This document shows, one piece after another, positions 53,880 to 64,000 of a DNA stretch of 64,000 nt. Within the stretch, counting starts at the first letter, position 1; the number at the start of each line of letters is the position of its first letter. The notes beneath the pieces are model-generated. The model saw nothing but the letters and a program-made list of their open reading frames with translations, was not told the DNA's origin and made no database searches. This DNA comes from Octopus sinensis (taxonomy: Eukaryota): assembly GCF_006345805.1 (NCBI RefSeq), contig NC_043019.1, forward strand, positions 8,865,360 through 8,929,359. The letters are read 5' to 3'. The position numbers and the translations under genes were made by a program.

Positions 53880-55320
<1,441 letters not shown>

Positions 55321-55656
55321 ATTCCTCCCCCATATCGAGTTCATCCCGTTCCCCGAGTCAGTTGGTCGCAGCTGTAGAAGCAGCAGCAGTCCAAAGTCCC
55401 GGCTCCCACCAAGGGTCAGCGGGTTCATGGAGCATACTGTTGTAACTGAGGCAAAAACAGCAACAACAGCTAGTACCAAAGCTGGTCCCTAATCTCTTCA
55501 CCCTCCACCCCACCCCCCTTATTCATCCAGTAGCAAAGTATATTCATGTATAAGCCATATTACTTCAACCTTTCGTCTGGCTCGAATACTTCATCTGTTT
55601 TAGGTTGAAACCAGCCACATTTGCCCTTTCACATTTACCCAAGATAAGCATTCAAA

Positions 55657-56225
55657 CAGGAGTAGCAGTGTGGTAAGAAGCTTGTTTCCCTTATGGCCGG
55701 GTGGCCCTTACATGACTTACATGTCCTACATGAGTGAGGCGTGGGAAATAGCGGGATACAGGAACTGAAGCGGCATTGAGAATAATGATGCATATATTGA
55801 TGGATATATCGATGAGTAGGAGGTGAAAAAGCCTCGTTAGAGGGTTTGAAACCTCATCTTATTGCATTATTTGTAGTGGTTTATAAACCTCAATTGTGTG
55901 TTTAGAGAAAAAAACATGTTAAGTAAGAGGTTTTAGTGCCTCCTTCTTGTAAGAGGTTTGAAACCTCATATTGATTTTTGAAAAATGAAAATGCGTTTTC
56001 GAGAAAAATTCAATCGGCGGGTGCTGGGTTTCGCCTCTCATTAATTCATTTTATTTCATTTTCATTCATTAATGTGTTTCTCCAGCCCGCAAAGCTACCC
56101 AAACTTTGTATTGCCTTTATGGAAAATTTGATAAAATAAAGAAGCTTGCTTCCCAACCATATGCTACCGTGTTCAGCTCCACCACGTGGTAACGTGCGCA
56201 AGTCTCTTCTTCTATAGTCCAGGGC
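55657..56225 (+). mobile_element. SINE family 2 5' part, split by a younger insertion
   Basis: Head caggagtagcagtgtggtaagaagcttgtttccc stops at 55690 and resumes at 56139 with aagaagcttgcttcccaaccatatg..gttcag..gcaagtctcttcttctatag. Confidence 0.8.
55691..56138 (+). mobile_element. 448-bp retroposed insert with a 16-bp target-site duplication and A-rich tail; family unknown
   Basis: TSD aagaagcttgtttccc (55675-55690) / aagaagcttgcttccc (56139-56154), one mismatch; 3' end ..ataaaataa. Confidence 0.75.
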
Positions 56226-56439
56226 GCATGTGAACAGATTAGTCTGAATGCTAAGGGATTAATGAATGCTTACTTTTCACTCTTAATGAGACAGACATTT
56301 TGGCTGCTATTTCTACCAGACTGTGTGACCAAACAGAGTTAGATACAATTTGTGTGAAAACAGACAAGTGGAACATATGCGTTCATAACTCTCTCAGCGG
56401 AATGCTGTCCTATGTTTAATCACCATTAACAATAATTCT

Positions 56440-56612
56440 TTTTGAATTTTGGCCGAAAGCCAGCAGCTTGAGAGGAGGCTGCGAATTGATAACACTGACC
56501 CCAGTGCCTGCCTGGAACGATATTGTATCGACCTCGACAAAAAGAAAGTTGGCGTCGGCAGCATTTTAACTCTTGAAGAAATGCCACTAAGCATTTTGGC
56601 CGCCGTCTTTTG
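56440..56612 (-). mobile_element. SINE family 1, diverged
   Basis: Minus strand aaaatgcttagtggcatttc..gagttaaaatgctgccga..gaggtcgata..gcactggggtc..ccaaaattcaaa. Confidence 0.7.
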
Positions 56613-57074
56613 GATCTCGGCATCTTAAACGACAGCTATAAGAACAAAGCGTATGTAATTTTCAAAAGAGTCGTTTTTATCCTTCTGTAAATGTGTCACT
56701 GCGAGCATCGTCAAACGTTGATGGTGTCTTAAGGAAATTTGTAAGGAATGTCAAAAAGGAAAAGTTAATCAGAAGCCGATAATTTGTCTTCGTGAAAAAA
56801 AGCGTTTCCGCAAAAATACAAGAACTCATGAAAATACATGCATACACACACACTCACTTACTCTCTCTCTCTCCCTCTCTCTCACTCTCTATATATATAC
56901 ACACATATATATATACATATTTACATACATATATGTATAAATATATATACACACATACATATGCATATATATACATACCTACACACACACACACATATAT
57001 ATATATACACATACATATTTATATATATATATTATATATATACATATTATATATATATATATATATATTTATAT

Positions 57075-57167
<93 letters not shown>

Positions 57168-57179
57168 GTGTGTGTGTGT

Positions 57180-57470
57180 ATGTAAAAAATACAAACTGGG
57201 ACAAGAACGCAAAACATTTAGAAGACGATACAAAAATCACGGACGGAACATTCGAAGCCTTCAATCTTCAGTCAAGAACCGGATCATCCTCGCAATTTCG
57301 GCTGATTAATCTTGAGATTGCTCCGACCTGGGCAGCCCCAAAGGAAAATTCAAGCCAAGCACATTCGATTCCTTGGAAGAAAGCCTCGAATGTATACAAA
57401 ACAAGGACGGAAAACGGACGACGTTACACGAATAAGAATACAAAAATACGTAAAAACAATAATGATAATA
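57180..57470 (-). repeat. Short dispersed repeat (related to 31195-31320), possibly a retroelement 3' end
   Basis: Partial similarity to the 31.2 kb segment; flanked by a (TG)n tract. Confidence 0.35.
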
Positions 57471-57552
57471 ATAATAACAAAAGCAGGAATCTATATATAT
57501 ATATACACACACACACAAACGCATTTTGAGGATTAAATATATATATGTTCAT

Positions 57553-57755
57553 TATTCTTTCATTTGCTTCAGTCATTTGACTGCAGCCATGCTGGAGCAC
57601 AACGTTTATTCAAACAAATCGACACCAGGACTTATTCTATCGGTCTCATTTGCTGAACCAATATATTACGGGGACGTAAACACACTAACATCGGTTGTCA
57701 AGAGATGATGGGGACAAAAAAAACGCACAGATATATATATATATATATGTGTGTG

Positions 57756-57796
<41 letters not shown>

Positions 57797-57802
57797 TATG
57801 TG

Positions 57803-57843
<41 letters not shown>

Positions 57844-57985
57844 ATGTATATGTATAAGACGAGCTTCTTTCAGTTTCCGTCTATCAAATCCATTTACAAG
57901 GCTTTGGTCGGCCCGAGCCTATGGCAGAAGACACTTGACCAAGGTGCCACGCATTGGGACTGAACCCGGAACTATGTGGTTGGGA
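57553..57985 (-). mobile_element. SINE family 2 with an expanded internal (TA)n/(CA)n tract (~130 bp)
   Basis: Minus strand ccaaccacatagttccgggttcagtcccaatgcgtggcaccttggtcaagtgtcttc..ggccgaccaaagccttg..gtttacgtccccgtaa..gtgctccagcatggctgcagtcaaatgactgaagca. Confidence 0.9.
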
Positions 57986-58573
57986 TATAACATATCACAT
58001 AACCTATTTTCTACTTTTCCCTATAATGTTGGCTTATATATGTGTATAGAAGTGTGTTTGTAAAATATGCCATTGCGATTGTCCTTACGTATTTGTGTGT
58101 ACATATATCTGCGTGTGTGTAACTGTTTACGTGTATGTCTGTGTATTTGTGTGTGTAACGGTTTATAAGTGTGTGTGTGTTCTTGTGTATGATGGTACAA
58201 ATTTATCATCGTTAACCAACATTGACATATTAACTCATAATTCTCATAGCGAACGACGTGTTGATATGGAAGGCAAGACTTGGGTGATAACGTCGCCATT
58301 ATTTAAGAGTAAACCGTTTGAGACAATGCGCCAATAACGACTTCTTTTACAGCCTCAACAGCCATAAAACGATTAAGAGCTATACAAAGGGCAATAACCT
58401 CAGAACTCTGTTTAGGAAAACAGGCAATCGTATTTGGAATTAAAAAGTTTTAAATAACATACGAGTCCGGTTAATTACAGGTCAGCGATGTGTTAGGTGC
58501 AGCAACTAAATCTACATACATGTGTGTGTGTATGAGTGCATATGTATACGTATGCTTTGTGCGTATGTGTATG

Positions 58574-58615
<42 letters not shown>

Positions 58616-58710
58616 CACCTGATATTGTTTGGGCAACTTAGATGGACCTAACAAAGTTCATCAATTTTAGTACCTAATTCATCTGAATTTTGATTATATT
58701 TCATATATCT

Positions 58711-58751
<41 letters not shown>

Positions 58752-58932
58752 AATACATATACATACATATATTTATATGCATACATATATATGTATATGT
58801 ATATGCATATATACGTATATATATGTATATACATATATATATATATGTGTATGAATATATATATGAATATATATATGTGTGTATGTGTGTGTATGTATAT
58901 GTGTACATATGTGTCTATATACATATGCATAT

Positions 58933-59677
58933 ATATGTGTGTGTGTGTGTGCATATATCTGTAAATATATGTATATGTAAGCATTGCATATATATGCGTT
59001 TGTGTTTATGTGTGGTGTACGTGCGGGCGTTTGGTTTGCATGTATGTATAAAAAGTAGTTTATTATTCGCAAATCACGAAAATGTTATTATTGCAGAATA
59101 TAATTTTGATAAAACTGTCGAGTACATCGGGCCTGAGTCTTAGCTTTTCCGCGAGGGTTCCGACCATGTTAAATTATTCAAATAAATATAGGCGAGGCAT
59201 AATGAGACTATCAAGATGGCGTAAGAGTGGATACGCATCCGTACATATACTCTTACTCAGTCTGCGAAACACACGTGATATGCATGTGTATATGTGTTTG
59301 TATCTATGTATATATGTGTGTGTGTGTGCATATATCTGTAAATATATGTATATGTAAGCATTGCATATATATGCGTTTGTGTTTATGTGTGGTGTACGTG
59401 CGGGCGTTTGGTTTGCATGTATGTATAAAAAGTAGTTTATTATTCGCAAATCACGAAAATGTTATTATTGCAGAATATAATTTTGATAAAACTGTCGAGT
59501 ACATCGGACCTGAGTCTTAGCTTTTCCGCGAGGGTTCCGACCATGTTAAATTATTCAAATAAATATAGGCGAGGCATAATGAGACTATCAAGATGGCGTA
59601 AGAGTGGATACGCATCCGTACTTATACTCTTACTCAGTCTGCGAAACACACGTGATATGCATGTGTATATGTGTTTG

Positions 59678-59686
<9 letters not shown>
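58933..59686. repeat. Tandem duplication, two 377-bp units
   Basis: Constant offset of 377 (gcatatatctgtaaa at 58951 and 59328); I saw only two substitutions; junctions lie in (TG)n. Confidence 0.95.
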
Positions 59687-59715
<29 letters not shown>

Positions 59716-59842
59716 CGTGTGAGTATTGTGTATCTATCTAGCTATCCATCAAACAGGCGATCTATGACTATGTCAATCAATGAAACGATATCTACGTGTA
59801 TAAATTTATATATACATATACGTGTGTGTATATGCACGTGTG

Positions 59843-59891
<49 letters not shown>

Positions 59892-61026
59892 ATATATATA
59901 TATACATACATACACAAATGTATATATTCAAGTGAGTATATATGCATGTATATGTGTATATATATATATATGTGTGTGTGTGTGTATGTATATATGTATA
60001 TATTATATATATATGTTTATATATGTGTGTATATATATGTATTAGGAATATGAACATATATGTATACATGTATACGTATGCGTTTGTGTATTTATATATG
60101 TATATACGCGTACATCTCTGTGACAACACAGAGAGGCATCGTTCTTCCTTACAGTGTCGTCTAAATATTTAATGGGGAGTCTGCAGACATAAAGCCACAA
60201 CTGGACATTATTATGATATTCACCGACAGTAAATATGGTTTAAGAATATTAATAAGCAATATGCTTCATGTGCTGTGCTGTGTACAAAATGTCTTTTAAT
60301 CACGCGGCATGTCCTTTCTCATAATTTCACGAAGTTTCATATTGTGCTATTATATGTCAGATAAATGACAGTGTGGGCGATTTGCTGTGGTTATTAATAA
60401 TGTTGTTGTTGTTGTTGCAGGTAGTAGTGTTGGTAGTGGTGATGGAACTGGTAGTTGTCGTAGAGGAGTTTGTGACTGTTATTGTATTGTTGTACTTTCA
60501 CTCGTGTAATTTGGGCGTAGATTTGACTTCTATTTCTTAAATCTCAAAAGACCACATACAGGTACCAATAGAGCGATAGATTTAATAGAATTTACTGGAA
60601 ATGCCGCAAAGAAAATGTCAGATTTATTAAAATTGATTCATACAACAATACAGAAAATGGTGGAATTGAACTGGTCGTGTTGCTAAAACGTTCAGCGAAT
60701 TGCTTTCAAGTGTCTATTCTGATAGCTGGCTCTATGAGTTCGAATCTCACCGCTCACCCAATCCCGGTTGATAAATTACCATTCAAGAGCAGTTGACTAA
60801 GGCGTGGATTAGATTACTAGCGAGATACCGTGTTGTATTTATTCTGGATCTTTGAGTTCTTCTTTCTAATCCCACTGTGGTTTACTTGAGTCGTACACTT
60901 AATCTCTCTTCCGATTTAACATAACCAACCGGTGTTTGGGTACCTTTGTATTATCTCTTTGTCTTAAGGATGCCTTCCTCCCTTCTATCAGTCAAAGAGG
61001 CTCAGTAAATGGACAGGGACACTGAT

Positions 61027-61267
61027 CTTTCCCAACCACATGGTTCCGGGTTTAGTCTCACTGCATGGCACTTTGGGTAAATGGTTTCTACTATAGCCTC
61101 GGGTCGACCAAAGCCTTGTAAGTGGATTTGGTAAACGGAAACTGAAAGAAGCATGTCGTATATATGTATATGTGTGTGTATGCATGTGTATATTTGCGTG
61201 TCTGTGTGTCTCCCCCACCATCACTTGACCACCGATGTTGATGTGTTTACGTCCCTGTAACTTAGCG
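61027..61267 (+). mobile_element. SINE family 2, truncated at both ends
   Basis: ttcccaaccacatggttccgggtttagtctcactgcatggcactttgggtaa..ctactatagcctcgggtcgaccaaagcc..gtttacgtccctgtaacttagcg. Confidence 0.9.
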
Positions 61268-61849
61268 TTAAATTCGTACATGGAAACATACAATGACCAC
61301 GATATCAGCGACAATAAAAAGCTGCTCTTATAAAATGGAAAGGATGGGGGTTAACGGGATACTTTCCTTTACAACCTTGCTCCCAATAAAAGGGGCAGAT
61401 GAAAATTTATCCTAAATTAAAACGAGGAAGAGAACATAATACATACACATATACATATATACATATATACATATATTGAGGGAAATACATGATTAAAGTT
61501 CTGTGCGATTGACAGCAAAATGTAAGCAAAAATTGCATTAAAAATAACGATTGACTTCAAACATTCTGTCCAGTTTAGTATTTATTGCTTAACCACTAAA
61601 CAGGAGAATTTTATCTTTCGTAACTCATTTCTCAGACGAATTTAAGTTTGTCTTTATCAATTAACTGCATATTGGTGCATGTTTCTCTTAATAGATATTT
61701 TTTTTTAAATAGTAAAATTCCACAAGTTTCATTCATCATTGCATTACGAGAGTAAATTATTCATGTGGCCTCACATATTTTCTGATGAAGTTTTCCCTTA
61801 CAATCTTAAAGTGTATTCCCTTTATTTCCTCAGCTAAGACCTTTTCTAG

Positions 61850-62200
61850 TATATCTGACTGCCATATTACTCTATACAGAATTACTGCACTTGCTATAAC
61901 TGTCTTATAGAAATATTCAAATCTAATGCGCAACCACCGTTTGCTTGATCCGATGTGCGTCTATTCACAGGTTCACTTATAAATAACATTGCATTTTAAA
62001 CATATTGATCCGGAGCTGTCTACTGATTCTTTTCTGATATGATTGGACAATGGCCAAAACGGCATGTTTCTTGTGTATTGTTCTGGCGAGTTGACAGGTA
62101 TTATCATCAATTTGAGCCCCACCTTGGTATTCTGACAAGAATATCAGACCTCTTTGGACAGCTTCATAACTGGTTTTTCATCTACTCAATACAGTATATA
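61850..62200 (-). mobile_element. Decayed Penelope-like element, GIY-YIG endonuclease region
   Basis: Minus strand NVIYK*TCE*THIGSSKRWLRIRFEY (cf. VIY..TC.C...YIG.T.R.L..R..EH), preceded by PKRSDILVRIPRWG, which resembles the PK..V.L.LP..G linker of PLEs. Confidence 0.65.
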
Positions 62201-62799
62201 GCAGTTTCGTGTAATCCTAGTTTTTATTATCTTCGATCATTTTCCTTTATTTTCATTCCTTTTGTCCGTTTCTATCTACTTTTATCACTGCTTCTGTATC
62301 TACCAAATTCTCTTTTACCGTACACCTGTTTGGCACATTAAGGTGAACCTCCTTACTTGCCTAACCTTTTGGGGTACGCAATCAAAACGCTGTCCATAGC
62401 GATGATGTCTAAGGGCTAAAATGTGCAGGTGTGGTGAAGTTTCTTCCGTCTACAGGACATAGAAGACATTTCCATTGCTACACAGTATTTCACGCTTTGT
62501 GGGGAGCCGCATTGTGAGTATATATGTCCATCTGGTAGAAATGGATCTGTGCTTACTCTTACGGAAAGGATAGGAGGCAATCAAGAAGGCTTTGTCAGCT
62601 ATACATTATTAAAATTTCGTTAGGAAACTTGTATTTCTTTGGAAAGGAATGCAAATGTCTTGCAAACTCATATGAATTTTTTCTACCGTATATCGTGGTT
62701 CTGCCGAGTGAGATGCAGAAAAGGCCTGCTTTCTATTTGATAGGATCGAAAATTAGCGGCAACATGTTCAGGAGTGCGCTTGGCAGTGCACCCGTGTAT

Positions 62800-62837
<38 letters not shown>

Positions 62838-62920
62838 ATCAGTATGTGTGTTTGCGTACATATATACATATATACATCTATCTATCTATCAATCTATCTA
62901 TCTATCTATCTATCTATCTA

Positions 62921-62964
<44 letters not shown>

Positions 62965-63007
62965 GGTCTATCTTCTCATCTCTCTCTCTCTCTCCTCTCT
63001 ATCTCTA

Positions 63008-63034
<27 letters not shown>

Positions 63035-63038
<4 letters not shown>

Positions 63039-63205
63039 CTTTATTAAAGAGCAGCAAAATATCAGAAAAGTATACTCAAGTGTCACGTACCTGTTCGTCG
63101 GACAGTTTTGTTTAGTTTCTAAACAAAACTGTCCGACGTACGGGAACGTGATACTCTGAGTAACAGTTTTCGTAATATTTTTTTGCTGCTTTTTGATAAA
63201 GCATA
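63035..63205. repeat. ~170-bp foldback (palindromic) element made of two inverted hammerhead-like motifs
   Basis: Central 20-bp perfect arms cgtcggacagttttgtttag / ctaaacaaaactgtccgacg with a 3-nt loop; imperfect pairing extends out to tatactttattaaag / ttttgataaagcata. Confidence 0.85.
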
Positions 63206-63272
63206 TTACTCTACCTCTGGTATTCGATGACTATTTTTTCGCGTCTTGTTTCGCATTTATGTCCTTACTCTC

Positions 63273-63320
<48 letters not shown>

Positions 63321-63322
63321 TA

Positions 63323-63355
<33 letters not shown>

Positions 63356-63724
63356 GCAGGATATCCTTCAAGGTATGTAATGTATACACATTAGAGCTAA
63401 CCTATTAGAAATATCAAAGTGGATCAGATTAAGAAAGGAATGTTTCTTTGAGTGCTACTTAGGAGCTTGAGAATGTAATCTAATTACAGAGACCATTTAG
63501 GAGGAAGTTTCAACAAGATCTGCGCTCACGACTTATTATCCTTCGAATCAGAGATGCGTTTAAACCAAATGAGACTGTGCTGAAGCCCAATAAAGTTGAA
63601 GGCAGCGACGCGGTCCTATCAGTGCATGACCCAATACTACTACAAGTAGACATACACACAGATGCCAGGACGAACACGTAGGCATAACGCATACACATGC
63701 ACATGCACAAACACACATGCAGGT

Positions 63725-63765
<41 letters not shown>

Positions 63766-63934
63766 CTCACACACAAACACATGAACAGACACACACATAC
63801 ACACACATGCAACAAGAAGTAAATTATAAATTACGTTTCTTTCGATTGAAAAAGACGATCAAATCAGGACTGCAGGAGAGAAGTGCTCAAATGATATTGA
63901 GACAGAAACATTATATATATATACATATTATTGA

Positions 63935-63988
<54 letters not shown>

Positions 63989-64000
63989 ATACATACAGAC

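Noticed and set aside
55820-55967. CRISPR-like array (repeated palindromes with spacers)
   Set aside because: The repeats are only 15-16 nt and degenerate, the spacers are irregular (4-35 nt), the context is an animal retroposon, and there are no cas genes.
57241-57325. Possible third hammerhead (minus strand GCC-GAAA..AUC..CUGAAGA) and its relative at 31200-31265
   Set aside because: The core elements are in permuted order, and stems I and II cannot be closed with the required G10.1-C11.1 pair.
60682-60790. Further family 1 SINE copy
   Set aside because: Only patchy similarity (tgagttcgaat..gttgataaattacca); too decayed to list with confidence.

Overview
64 kb of very AT-rich, microsatellite-saturated animal DNA, with one 100-N scaffold gap at 50500-50599. 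The SINE families look like those of Octopus; this is my recollection of the families, not a database match. There is no intact long ORF and no recognisable conserved host gene. Most entries in the ORF track are translations of (TA)n, (TG)n, (ATCT)n or (GTT)n tracts. The non-simple sequence is mostly mobile-element debris: three tRNA-derived SINE families (about 17 copies or fragments), four R4/Dong-like non-LTR fragments, a CR1/L2-group LINE 3' end, a TIR-bounded DD34D mariner, a mariner-derived MITE, a maT-like transposase remnant, a non-autonomous Helitron nested in an R4 copy, and Penelope-like (GIY-YIG) remnants. The most interesting observations are: (1) hammerhead-ribozyme-like motifs with non-canonical cores, including an inverted twin motif forming a ~170-bp foldback; (2) a cluster of canonical minus-strand exons at 23.5-28.8 kb whose joined frame is interrupted only by three UGA codons; (3) a TSD-flanked 448-bp insert carrying five 15-16 nt GAGG..CCTC palindromes; (4) a LINE/SINE shared 3' tail with a covarying stem-loop. 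All functional readings are hypotheses.
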